IMG/VR virus record: IMGVR_UViG_3300045996_001015
Span: 1-59,821 of that record
Reading direction: 5' to 3' (one strand)
Origin: a virus
Lineage: Duplodnaviria; Caudoviricetes
DNA: 59,821 nucleotides
Part shown: in pieces, positions 19,099-28,202 of the stretch
Layout: every line of letters starts with the position of its first letter
Numbering within the stretch: position 1 is the stretch's first letter
Made by a program: the position numbers and the translations under genes
The notes under the pieces: generated by a model
What the model saw: only the letters and a program-made list of their open reading frames with translations
Told to the model about the DNA's origin: nothing
Databases searched by the model: none

Positions 19099-20271
19099 TT
19101 AAAGAGTCCTGACCTGGCTGTATGAAAACGGAATTCCCGCTTCGGCAGCTTCCCTTGCTGCGATGGCTTCAAATGAGTTGTCTGCGCTTGGCATTGCTGC
19201 ACCAGCGAACACGGGCGTCCCTGCCCCGTTACGGCTTTGCGAGTGCATTGCCGCATCGACTCCGTTCGAGTTCGTGTATGCTTGGGCTCGGCTTGCTGCT
19301 TGCTGCTGTGGTGTTGGTTGCGGTGTCGCAATTCGCGTCATCATTGACTTGGCGATCCGATCCTGCTTTGCCGGTGATAGCCGGGACAGTTCGGGGTCTT
19401 GCTCGACTTCCGCCAATCGTTGCATGTACTCGAAGCCTTGCGCTGTCAGCACTGGTCGCTGGCCACTCGCGTCCATAATCGCTTGGCCTTGCGCGTCGTA
19501 CTGAACCATCCAGCTACTGTTGCTTGACAAAATGCTTTGAACGGTGGCTTGCTGCTGTTGAACTTGCTGCTGCGACTGAAACCACTCGATTGTTTCGCGT
19601 TTGGCTTGTTCACGGACGGCTTCAAGCTTGGACGCCATCAGTTCTTCAAAGACGGCTTCCGGTTCGTCTACCAATCGTTCTGCTCGACGCTGCCGATCAA
19701 GTTCGTACTCGTTTGCCTCGTCAACAATCTGCGGATTGATTGCGCCAGGTGTTTTGGCGACGTATCTGCCAGTTTCAGGATCGCGAGCGAGGTATCTCAG
19801 GTACTCTTTGTTGAAAGTCTTCTTTGGCTGCGGAACCTGCGCGGCTGGCTGTTGTGCGGGTGCCTGTTGTTGCTGGAACTGTCGCTGCAAGTTCTCGATT
19901 TGCTGCTGATACTGAATCTCTCTGGCCTTCAACTGCTCTTGCGCCGCATAGGCTGCTTGCAACGAGTAGTCGATGACTTGTTGTGGCGTCTGGAACTGTT
20001 GCAATCGATCAGGCTGAAAACCCCAGTTCGTCTGCAAATGACTGGCGATTCCGGCATCTAACTGTGACTGACTTGGTGCTGCTGCCGGTGCCGTTTGGCC
20101 AACAGCCGGAGCCGCTGAATCACTGACCGGCGTTTCCACTGGTGTCGCTGCCGCTAACTCACTGGCCGCAATTGAGTTAAAATCAGATGGTGTCTCTGAA
20201 GCTGAACTGGATGCGGGACTTGTGATATTGCGGTCAACGTGTTCGGTGTTTGGATCGGGCATGATGCTCAC
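19099..20271 (-). CDS. Putative capsid scaffolding protein
   Basis: Gln/Ala/Pro-rich coiled-coil protein directly upstream of the MCP. Confidence 0.65.
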   Translation of the reverse strand: MSIMPDPNTEHVDRNITSPASSSASETPSDFNSIAASELAAATPVETPVSDSAAPAVGQTAPAAAPSQSQLDAGIASHLQTNWGFQPDRLQQFQTPQQVIDYSLQAAYAAQEQLKAREIQYQQQIENLQRQFQQQQAPAQQPAAQVPQPKKTFNKEYLRYLARDPETGRYVAKTPGAINPQIVDEANEYELDRQRRAERLVDEPEAVFEELMASKLEAVREQAKRETIEWFQSQQQVQQQQATVQSILSSNSSWMVQYDAQGQAIMDASGQRPVLTAQGFEYMQRLAEVEQDPELSRLSPAKQDRIAKSMMTRIATPQPTPQQQAASRAQAYTNSNGVDAAMHSQSRNGAGTPVFAGAAMPSADNSFEAIAAREAAEAGIPFSYSQVRTL

Positions 20272-20444
20272 TGAATCGGGGGTTTTCGTTGGAATCGGGG
20301 TAACAACGAACGCTATGAAAGCAGACGCGACAGAGAGGCCGCGCGCCGAAAAGCAGAGCTAGGCAGAAATCAGAAGAAATCAGCGATTTTCAGAAAAAAT
20401 AATTTGCCTTGAGGCATTTTGCGTGAGGTGGTAATTTTCACATC

Positions 20445-20738
20445 ATGAACACCACAACTACCGACGAACGAGATATGCTGTTCCCTCTTTCTCAAGTCAG
20501 AAAGGAGTTCAGCGAACGCTTTGGGCTCAACAACATGCCCAGCGAAGCGACATTGCTGACCTATAGAAGCGGCAAGCTAATCGGGCCGCGTAAGATCAGG
20601 GTGAAGATGAGGACGGGCAGAACTACATTCCCGTTAGGCGCAATCGGCATCAGCTACAACATGTTTCAAGAGTTCGGCGCAGAACTACAGAAAGTCTACG
20701 AAGAAGATGATCGCATTGCCGAACTAAACCAAGGATAA
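20445..20738 (+). CDS. Small putative DNA-binding protein
   Basis: The PLSQVRKEF...PSEATLLTYR segment resembles an excisionase-type winged helix. Convergent with the serine recombinase. Confidence 0.45.
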   Translation: MNTTTTDERDMLFPLSQVRKEFSERFGLNNMPSEATLLTYRSGKLIGPRKIRVKMRTGRTTFPLGAIGISYNMFQEFGAELQKVYEEDDRIAELNQG

Positions 20739-21623
20739 ACCGTTTCCAGGTAGGTTTTGTCTTCTGGAAAGTACCTTATCCTCATACTCTTTGACCATCC
20801 TGGCGAAGCGTGGTGCAATCGGCAAATGAAATTCTGGCCGATCATTGTAGAAGTGTTTCAATGAATTCTGGTGAAATGATTGATGCGCGTAACGTCGGGC
20901 ACTGGCTCGATTATCAGGCCACAACCGCGGCGAGAACGCCGACCTTTTGTATTCAATCCCTTTGAGTGAGTGGTAGAACTGATCGGTCATGTCCGCTAGC
21001 CGGTGCATCGCGTATTTGTTGGTCGATGCTTGACGCAGGAAATACAAATACACCTCAAACTCTTGTGGATCTTTTACGAAAATTGATTGATCGCCAGATT
21101 TGCGAACCTTGAGCCCAGGTATCGCTAGGAAATTCTTGCCGAATGGAATGTGTGCCAAGTGCTGCCGATGATACTCGAACACCTCGCGCATCCGCTCCGA
21201 CTTGATTGCGCTCTCTAGCTCCGCTGCCATCACGAGCGTATGAGCCATCGCACGACCAACGGCAGAATTCAGATTGACCGGACAATTCACGAAGTGGCAC
21301 TTGATGCCACGATTCTCGAAGTTCGGCATCGTGTTGCAGTAATCACGCATGTTGCGGAACGAACGATCGAACCGCAAGAAAATGATGTGATCGCCGCGAC
21401 TAACGATGGAATTGTCTGCAAGCTTGCGACCGTTTTCGCGCTTGAACAATTGGCCGGTGTACGCGCTCTCGCCTTCATCCCGTAGCACGATTCCGCGAGT
21501 GATTCCATGTTGGGCAAGGTTCTGATCGAACCAACGCCAGCCCGATTCCTCTTGGATGCTCAGTGAGTGGCCATCGACTTGGTCGAGCGATGAAACGCGA
21601 ATGTAGAGGTGAGCGATGTTCAT
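20724..21623 (-). CDS. Serine recombinase (resolvase/invertase family)
   Basis: YIRVSSLDQ catalytic Ser motif, DEGESA, RFDRSFRN and AELESAIKSERMRE. Confidence 0.92.
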   Translation of the reverse strand: MNIAHLYIRVSSLDQVDGHSLSIQEESGWRWFDQNLAQHGITRGIVLRDEGESAYTGQLFKRENGRKLADNSIVSRGDHIIFLRFDRSFRNMRDYCNTMPNFENRGIKCHFVNCPVNLNSAVGRAMAHTLVMAAELESAIKSERMREVFEYHRQHLAHIPFGKNFLAIPGLKVRKSGDQSIFVKDPQEFEVYLYFLRQASTNKYAMHRLADMTDQFYHSLKGIEYKRSAFSPRLWPDNRASARRYAHQSFHQNSLKHFYNDRPEFHLPIAPRFARMVKEYEDKVLSRRQNLPGNGLSLV

Positions 21624-21979
21624 GATCTTCCCTCTGCCTTCGCAATCGCGGTACGAGCGGCATCAAACTCAACAGTTGCCCTGTCAGCGACGCGAACAAC
21701 GCCTTTCAACGCCGCGAGCAAGTCAGGTGCTGCAGCAATAAGGGCTTTGTCGGCGTTGCTTGGCGAATTTCCAGGCATACTGTCGTGCGGTATGTTAACT
21801 CCGAAGTCACAAACACTATTTGACGGTCCCGCAAGCGATTCCAGTTCGTCGATACCTTCGGTTTTCCATCTCCACGGCCCAGGCGTATGTTTCGATTCAC
21901 TTGGCGTTGTCATTGGTGGCTCCATTCCAAAAATCGTAGTCTTCTTTGATTGGTTTATCGGGTTCGCCATCCCAGGCAA
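21620..21979 (-). CDS. Small phage protein (KHTPGPW...ALIAAAPDLL family)
   Basis: Characteristic motif pair. True start is probably further downstream. Confidence 0.7.
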   Translation of the reverse strand: MPGMANPINQSKKTTIFGMEPPMTTPSESKHTPGPWRWKTEGIDELESLAGPSNSVCDFGVNIPHDSMPGNSPSNADKALIAAAPDLLAALKGVVRVADRATVEFDAARTAIAKAEGRS

Positions 21980-22220
21980 ACTCGAACGTCAATGGTTCTT
22001 GCTCTTGAACCACACAACAATTATGTTCGCGATGCTTGTACATAAAGGACACGAGCAGCCCAGCTCGAAAGCTATCTTGCTTAATCTCATCAGCGAATTT
22101 TATAGCATCGTCGCGCGTTTCTACGTCAGAGCACGACATCGTATAGAACTTGTCGAGGTCGCGATATACCTTGCAGTCGCGGCAAACGGCAAAATAAAGA
22201 ACTCCCATCATTCTCTCCAA
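21897..22220 (-). CDS. Hypothetical protein
   Basis: CRDC motif. Part of a small-gene array. Confidence 0.55.
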   Translation of the reverse strand: MERMMGVLYFAVCRDCKVYRDLDKFYTMSCSDVETRDDAIKFADEIKQDSFRAGLLVSFMYKHREHNCCVVQEQEPLTFEFAWDGEPDKPIKEDYDFWNGATNDNAK

Positions 22221-22229
22221 AGCGGGGTG

Positions 22230-22532
22230 TTAATTTCGATTCAGGAATCCTTTGAACTTATTCACCAATTCGCGCGGATAGCTGTCATTCAGCCATTCGT
22301 AATCCGATTCACTTCCGTTTAACGGCAAGAGCAGTAATCGCCTAGAACCATAACAAAATCCGTCGCCAAACTCTTCTTCAAGTAGCTCATCTAAGCCAGG
22401 GACGCAAAGACAACGGTTGCAGTCACATGATCCATTGCCTTGCGCCCACCAAGATTCTGTCATTCCACATTTGAAATACGAGTCGGTATCGTAAGTTTTT
22501 CCGGTGACCGTATCGAGCACAATGTAATTCAT
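22230..22532 (-). CDS. Hypothetical protein (WWAQGNGSCDCNR motif)
   Basis: Recurrent small phage protein motif. Confidence 0.6.
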   Translation of the reverse strand: MNYIVLDTVTGKTYDTDSYFKCGMTESWWAQGNGSCDCNRCLCVPGLDELLEEEFGDGFCYGSRRLLLLPLNGSESDYEWLNDSYPRELVNKFKGFLNRN

Positions 22533-22553
22533 GGTCAGTTAAAAAGCGGGGTG

Positions 22554-22838
22554 TTATTCGTTACAGTATTCGAGAAGTGCTTCAAGTGCACTAGCCGCGA
22601 AGCAATACGAACCGATCGGCGTATCGGGATACCATTGAAGTGTCCACATTTCATTTGACTCATACGCCTTGTCGCGTTCAGCATCACTGATCCACTCATA
22701 ATGCCTGTGGCCTTCCTGATCGATATCGTAGTCGCGCACGGACTGGTAAATGTCCCGGCAGACATTGTGTTCGAGATAGAGCCCGCATTTGTGTTCTGGG
22801 AATTTCATGGGGGTGTTATGAGTCGTTGTGCAGTTCAT
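22554..22838 (-). CDS. Hypothetical protein (MWTLQWYPDTPIGS motif)
   Basis: Recurrent small phage protein motif. Confidence 0.6.
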   Translation of the reverse strand: MNCTTTHNTPMKFPEHKCGLYLEHNVCRDIYQSVRDYDIDQEGHRHYEWISDAERDKAYESNEMWTLQWYPDTPIGSYCFAASALEALLEYCNE

Positions 22839-23364
22839 CTATTGAGACGAGTTCATCCCAATTCATGTTTGCAAGTTTGAACGCATCGGCTGGTGAAATG
22901 CTGTTATGAATGTACGCTACCTTTTCGCCTTCGAATTCCATGTAATTATATTTTTCATGCGGCGCACAGTTCATTGTTTGAATGAATTGCGGACGAATCG
23001 AAAGCCTCGGAATAGAAACCTTCTTTCCGTCGAGTGGTCCACCGATGAAGTACATTTCAGCCATGTTATGAGTCGAGTCGGGGTGAGATCGTGAGGCTAA
23101 TGCGATGTTGCGGCTGCCGTTTTTGGTCTGGTGGCGAAAAAATGCTAGATTTCCGTGATAAAGTTGTTCATCAAGACTTTTCTGCATGGTCTTAACGCGA
23201 ATGCCCTCAAGCGTCTTTACTGCGATGCTTAGGAACTTAATCAAGCCCCAGTTCTGATGTCGTGCCTGATCGTAGATGGTACGAATTATGAAACTATTGT
23301 TGATCAAGTGCAGCCATTCAGGATCAGACTCAAAGAATCCGTCGTACTCTTTTTGGTCAAACAT
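22816..23364 (-). CDS. Hypothetical protein (FIGGPLDG motif)
   Basis: First substantial gene downstream of the consensus promoter. Confidence 0.55.
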   Translation of the reverse strand: MFDQKEYDGFFESDPEWLHLINNSFIIRTIYDQARHQNWGLIKFLSIAVKTLEGIRVKTMQKSLDEQLYHGNLAFFRHQTKNGSRNIALASRSHPDSTHNMAEMYFIGGPLDGKKVSIPRLSIRPQFIQTMNCAPHEKYNYMEFEGEKVAYIHNSISPADAFKLANMNWDELVSIDELHNDS

Positions 23365-23611
23365 CGTTTCACCTGCTGGGGTTATTTCTCAAACCGTGTG
23401 ATCGCTTCCAAAATGAATTTCACTTCGTCGAGGGAGAAAATGCGCAGGCACTTACGCGACCTGTTTACGAGCCTTTGTCTCCCTGAGTTAGCCAACGTGT
23501 TACCACATCGACACATATCACTAGGACTCGAACCTAGCTCCCGTCTTGCCACAAACTCGGCCAGCGATCCGGAATCAAACCGGCATTAACGCAATGTGTT
23601 CAGCGACCCTG

Positions 23612-23639
23612 ATTATAAGACTCTCGGTTCTGTTGTCAA
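23612..23639 (-). promoter_or_regulatory. Consensus sigma70 promoter driving the leftward small-gene/serine recombinase operon
   Basis: Minus strand reads TTGACA-16 bp-TATAAT. Confidence 0.75.
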
Positions 23640-23702
23640 TGCGTCACCAGCATTATTCCAATTCTCTTGTGACAATCTGGCAACGGCGATATATTGAATC
23701 AC

Positions 23703-23894
23703 ATGACACTCACCGAGCAAATTCGAGCAGCACTCAATGCGCGACCAGAGTCGTTCCGTGCAATCGCATCACAAATCGATATTCACGTCTCGCAACTCAC
23801 TCGGTTTGCAAAGAAGGAACGCGGCCTGTCTCTCGATGATCTCGACCGTCTAACTAAGTTCCTCGGGCTCTCTCTCAAGTCCGACAAAAGCTAA
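23703..23894 (+). CDS. XRE-family helix-turn-helix regulator
   Basis: SFRAIASQIDIHVSQLTRFAKKERGLSLDDLDRL. Divergent from the 23612-23639 promoter. Confidence 0.8.
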   Translation: MTLTEQIRAALNARPESFRAIASQIDIHVSQLTRFAKKERGLSLDDLDRLTKFLGLSLKSDKS

Positions 23895-24779
23895 AAACGC
23901 AACGTCCGATCATACCAGCGACTTCGTGATCGTTTGTTAAAACGCAAGCCAGAGCGTCGGATTCTCCTAAAACCATCGGAATCGGCAACTATTCGATAAT
24001 CTCGAAGTGTTCGATTCGTCTATAGGACCAACGTTAATCGACCCCCACTGCCATTCACGCGCCAGGATTTCACGAGCGATACGAATCACGACGATGAGGG
24101 CGAACATCACTAGCGACAACGTGGTAAGATAGGGATTCTGTGAGTGGTGAACTGGACACTTGGTAATGCGTTCAGTTTACATTCAAACAGGTGTTCGTCA
24201 GTCCGGCAAGACGAGAGCGAATCACAACATCAATCATATCAACGGCTTGCGTCTGGTATCAAATGGAAGGGGCGGGGGAACCCCAGCGATTCGCCTACAT
24301 TAGTTACGTTCCCCTCGCAGGATTTTTCACTCAAAACTTTCAGGGTCATTGCTACTCCCCTGTCGTCGTAGATGAGCATCGATAACATGCCGTGATTTAC
24401 GAGGTTTTGGCTGATGGCATTAGGTATTAGAAGTATTGAATAGTAATCTTCCTGCTCGCGGGCAAAGAATTTAAGAAACTGCCGACCATTAACTCATTTA
24501 AGAATTAAGGAATACGCCCAGGGAAGTTCAGCTTTCTCATGCTGGTGAAGCTGGGTAAGAGCAGTCTCTACGTCGAGCGTGATTAGAATTCGGGGAAGGT
24601 CGCCACGCTGAGATACGACCTTGTTGTGACACGGGAAATATATTCCCTTGCTTTCATCGAGTCAAGCGAATATATTTCTTACGCACCGGCGAAACAATTT
24701 ATTCTTTTGACGACCTACCCATAGGGGACTATCGCATCTTCGCCGGTGTGTTACCCCTTATGGGTTTTTTCTTTGGGGT

Positions 24780-24992
24780 GTGTGTATGGGACGGGCATCT
24801 GGCCGTAAGAGACGCGATCGCAAGGGCCGTCTAGCAAACTGCAAAGCGAAATGTCGGTCTTGTGGCTTGATTCAGGATCGAGAGCGAAACGACTTCTACA
24901 GGGCGTCTTCTCCACGTTGCGTGGCATGTGGCGGTGCGATTGAGCGGCTTTGCGAGCCGAAGAAAATCTTTAGCAAACGCTCGCCTAGATAG
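24780..24992 (+). CDS. Small zinc-ribbon protein
   Basis: CRSCG ... CVACGG. Confidence 0.5.
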   Translation: MCMGRASGRKRRDRKGRLANCKAKCRSCGLIQDRERNDFYRASSPRCVACGGAIERLCEPKKIFSKRSPR

Positions 24993-25136
24993 GCCTTCTC
25001 CCAATCTCAAGATTTTGCCTTTGAGGTCATTTCACGGCCTGCTAATCTGCCTCTCGATATGTAGATCCCTGTGCTGTCCCGCTGGGTTTTCCTGGCGGGC
25101 AGCCTCTTATTCCTTCACCCCGAAAAGGAACCTTCT

Positions 25137-25433
25137 ATGTCCGTGAATTCGCTTAACCCGATTGGCAATAACATTCTCGTCTTGCCTGATACCCCAGAAC
25201 AGAAATCTAAGGGCGGAATCGTTCTTCCCGACGTTGCCCAAGACAAAACCAATACCGGCGTCGTTGTAGGCGTTGGCAGCGGTACGATGCTCAAGAATGG
25301 GACGCTAATCCCAATGACTGTGAAGATGCAGGATCGCGTGGCGTTCCCGCGTTACGGCCATCATGAGATAGAGATTGATGGCGTCATGCACCTTGTCATG
25401 CCGGAAACGGAAGTGATGGGGGTGATTTCGTGA
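25137..25433 (+). CDS. groES: Co-chaperonin GroES
   Basis: LNPIGNNILV, KSKGGIVLPD mobile loop, GVVVGVGSG and EIEIDG. SD AAGGA before ATG 25137. Confidence 0.93.
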   Translation: MSVNSLNPIGNNILVLPDTPEQKSKGGIVLPDVAQDKTNTGVVVGVGSGTMLKNGTLIPMTVKMQDRVAFPRYGHHEIEIDGVMHLVMPETEVMGVIS

Positions 25434-25723
25434 CCACCTCAATCGACTGCATCACGCCATACATGGGCGCTCACGTATTCGATACACTCAACGGCGAGTA
25501 CGTTCAGTGGGGCAACGATCCTGAGTTACTAAGAAAAATCCACGAACTTAAAGGAAAACACGACTCGATCTTTGCGATTCCTCGCGAGTTCGACGCTGAG
25601 GTCGTGAATGTTTCGCGTCAGCCTCCAAATCATCAAGTATGGCCTGCCGTCGATATCATCGGAACAGACAACCCTTATTTCCGGCCTTGGTTCCTCTCCG
25701 ACTACATCGGGGGTGAAGAATGA
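25430..25723 (+). CDS. Hypothetical protein
   Basis: Coupled GTGA overlap with groES. Confidence 0.55.
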   Translation: MTTSIDCITPYMGAHVFDTLNGEYVQWGNDPELLRKIHELKGKHDSIFAIPREFDAEVVNVSRQPPNHQVWPAVDIIGTDNPYFRPWFLSDYIGGEE

Positions 25724-25896
25724 GCCAAGAAATCAACTGGTACGCCACTCCTGAATTACGTTGGCGTGATGCCAATAAAACAGGACCTGGTCCATTTCTA
25801 CAGCCTGGGTATCGTATCGCGGGCATACTGCAACAAAAATGGGTTAGCGACGATGGAGCCGAGGAATGGCGAGAAGTTCCTGTCGTCGGTCGTTAG
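25720..25896 (+). CDS. Small phage protein (LQQKW...EWREVP motif), not in the supplied ORF track
   Basis: ATGA overlap with the previous gene. 58 aa. Confidence 0.55.
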   Translation: MSQEINWYATPELRWRDANKTGPGPFLQPGYRIAGILQQKWVSDDGAEEWREVPVVGR

Positions 25897-25994
25897 CCAT
25901 TTTCCACTTCTAAGATTTTGACTTTTCCCTTGCCCCGCGACTCTCTATGTTGCGGGCAGGAAAACGTCTCTCTTTACCTAGTGGTGGAATCTTT

Positions 25995-27158
25995 ATGGCA
26001 TTTCCAATCCCAGATTTGCGACAAGATGATGCTGATCTCATGGCCGCGTTTGCTGGCGTGAATCGGCTCAATTCAAACAACCTCAACAATGCTCGCCAGA
26101 ACGACAATCAGCAAATGTTGTCGATGTCGCAGCTTTTACGCGCGATGAACGGCCAATATGCTTTGCCAGACTTCATGCGTGACCCAACGGGCCAAGGGTT
26201 TCAGCGGTACGCGGCGTTGAACGATTACACATTCGATCAAACGTCGGATCGCAATAAGCAGGATCTGGATAACCAGATCAGAGCACTTCAAGCCCAGACA
26301 CAGGCTCAGGCAATTCTCGGTCGCGAAGGATATGCGAACCAATCTGCTTTGAACCGCGAAGGCTACGATCAGCAAACAGGAATGCAACAAGATCGTTACA
26401 CGGGCGATCAAGCGTTGCTTCGCGATCGTTATCAAGGCGACCTCGGATTGCAAGATGCGCGATACGAAGACGAACTCACACGACTAGGAACTCAACTTGC
26501 CGGTGGTCAAAACTTACAACGCGATCGCGGGGCAATCGACTTGGCGATGCAAGACAATCGCTACGCTGGCGAACAGGGTTTGCTGCGTGATCGCGGCACA
26601 ATCGATCAATCCCTACTCCGTGACAAATACACGGGAGAGGGGTCGTTGTTAAACACTCGACTTGGTGGTGCTTCGTCAATTCTCGGCGCATTGTTCGGAG
26701 GAGGCGGGGGCGGATCAAGCGGAAGTATCTCGACCGATTATGGAGCTGGCGTGAATTTTGGTGGCGGCGGGTCATCGGGTGGAAGTGCTGCTAGTTCGGC
26801 CAATCCACCTAAATATCAACCACCTCAATTTTCCGGTGGCGCGTCCGGTGGAATGGAGTTCGGTGACGCATTGCCGCGAACATCAACGCCGAATTACTCG
26901 CAACAAGTTAGTTCGTCGCAGTATTTGCCACCAGTCGATCCGTTCAATTTCAATCCAAAGGCCAACGATAAAGCGAATCCGATTTTCGGTGACGCAAAGC
27001 CGATCTTTCAGCCAAGAGAGGCTCCGGAATCTTTGCATGAAACTCCGAACATGGACTTTCAGCAGCCGAGGATTTCAACCGCGTTTAATCACAGCTTCCC
27101 GCAAAGGAAGCCGATGCAACCAAGGCCACGGCAATTTCCAGTCGGAGGGGTTCGATAA
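25995..27158 (+). CDS. Putative internal virion/DNA ejection protein with 11-aa repeats
   Basis: About ten hendecad repeats (REGYANQSALN, QDRYTGDQALL, ...) and a Gly-rich segment. Confidence 0.6.
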   Translation: MAFPIPDLRQDDADLMAAFAGVNRLNSNNLNNARQNDNQQMLSMSQLLRAMNGQYALPDFMRDPTGQGFQRYAALNDYTFDQTSDRNKQDLDNQIRALQAQTQAQAILGREGYANQSALNREGYDQQTGMQQDRYTGDQALLRDRYQGDLGLQDARYEDELTRLGTQLAGGQNLQRDRGAIDLAMQDNRYAGEQGLLRDRGTIDQSLLRDKYTGEGSLLNTRLGGASSILGALFGGGGGGSSGSISTDYGAGVNFGGGGSSGGSAASSANPPKYQPPQFSGGASGGMEFGDALPRTSTPNYSQQVSSSQYLPPVDPFNFNPKANDKANPIFGDAKPIFQPREAPESLHETPNMDFQQPRISTAFNHSFPQRKPMQPRPRQFPVGGVR

Positions 27159-27484
27159 TGGACATCAATTCTGGCGTGCGCGTTGAAAACACCACCGCTC
27201 CAAAACAGCTCACTTCGGCTTACGCCAAGTTTGGCCAGCGAGGCACACCGATTCAAAAGCAGTTGTATGGTCAATTTGCTGGGCCGATGCAAACGAATGA
27301 TATGCGGCAAATGGCTCAAGGGAATGCGAATTACAACCTTGGCGCACAGACGGCTCGCGCGAACTCCGGCTTGCAATGGGGCAATATGGGCCAACAGCAG
27401 TACATGCAGAATGTGAATCACCAGAACGCACAACGCAACTTCGGTACGACGTTGCTTGAAGCGATCCTTGGAGGTCAATACTAA
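27158..27484 (+). CDS. Putative internal virion protein
   Basis: Q/N/G-rich. Ends LLEAILGGQY. Confidence 0.55.
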   Translation: MDINSGVRVENTTAPKQLTSAYAKFGQRGTPIQKQLYGQFAGPMQTNDMRQMAQGNANYNLGAQTARANSGLQWGNMGQQQYMQNVNHQNAQRNFGTTLLEAILGGQY

Positions 27485-28200
27485 TGCGAAAAGCACCTGG
27501 AACACGCACGACAACACTTGCTGGCGGTCAACAGTACGCCCAGCCGCGCGTGCCACAACCAAAGGGGCCATCCCCTGCACCATACACGTTACCGCCAACA
27601 TGGAACGGTGAATCATCGTTCGGAACTTTCCAAAACACGGCACAGACTCCGTCACCGATGCCCGCCCCGACAACGGCGTACAGCCAAGCCCCTGCGATGA
27701 ACGTTGGCCTTGCACCACTCCTCACGAACAACGGGTTTAAATCGCCGTCCCTTCGCGCGAACACCCCAAGCGGCGAAGTTAAAAACCAAGCGCAAACGAA
27801 TGTTCAATCAAGCATCACTCCAACGAATGTTTTTGATCAAGGATTAACAAACGCTGCAAGGAATCAGGGTGTGGCGCAGGCACTTGCGGCCGGAAATCCT
27901 TATTCCGCACAAAAGGCCGTCACCCGTCCGGGGTTTTCGCGTGGAGCCGGAACAGATCGACTTGCCGCACCAATCATTGCGCAAGGACAAGCGAATGCCG
28001 CTCAGGCTGCGTCAATGATTCCGTACAGCGATCAAATGGCGAACATGAATTTCAATCTTCGCGGTCAGCAGACGCGCGATGCGGAGTCTCAGGGACTGGC
28101 TCAGCTCGGCAACAACATGACGAACTTTAATCGATCGAACACCTTGAATAATCAGCGATCGGCAACATCGTTGCTGCAAGCACTCTTGGGAGGGTTTTAA
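27484..28200 (+). CDS. Putative internal virion protein
   Basis: Q/A/N-rich. Ends LLQALLGGF. Confidence 0.55.
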   Translation: MRKAPGTRTTTLAGGQQYAQPRVPQPKGPSPAPYTLPPTWNGESSFGTFQNTAQTPSPMPAPTTAYSQAPAMNVGLAPLLTNNGFKSPSLRANTPSGEVKNQAQTNVQSSITPTNVFDQGLTNAARNQGVAQALAAGNPYSAQKAVTRPGFSRGAGTDRLAAPIIAQGQANAAQAASMIPYSDQMANMNFNLRGQQTRDAESQGLAQLGNNMTNFNRSNTLNNQRSATSLLQALLGGF

Positions 28201-28202
28201 TC

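Noticed and set aside
20363-20400. CAGAAAT/CAGAAGAAAT repeats as a recombinase site
   Set aside because: Short and low-complexity, with no inverted partner found near 33120-33270. More likely part of a promoter region.
21609-22322. 237-aa plus-strand ORF and similar long antisense ORFs (e.g. 17116-17784, 14263-14847)
   Set aside because: These are shadows of motif-bearing genes on the opposite strand and have no recognisable features.
26320-26660. 33-bp periodicity as a CRISPR or DNA repeat array
   Set aside because: The repeats are degenerate at DNA level and in frame, so they are protein-level hendecads.
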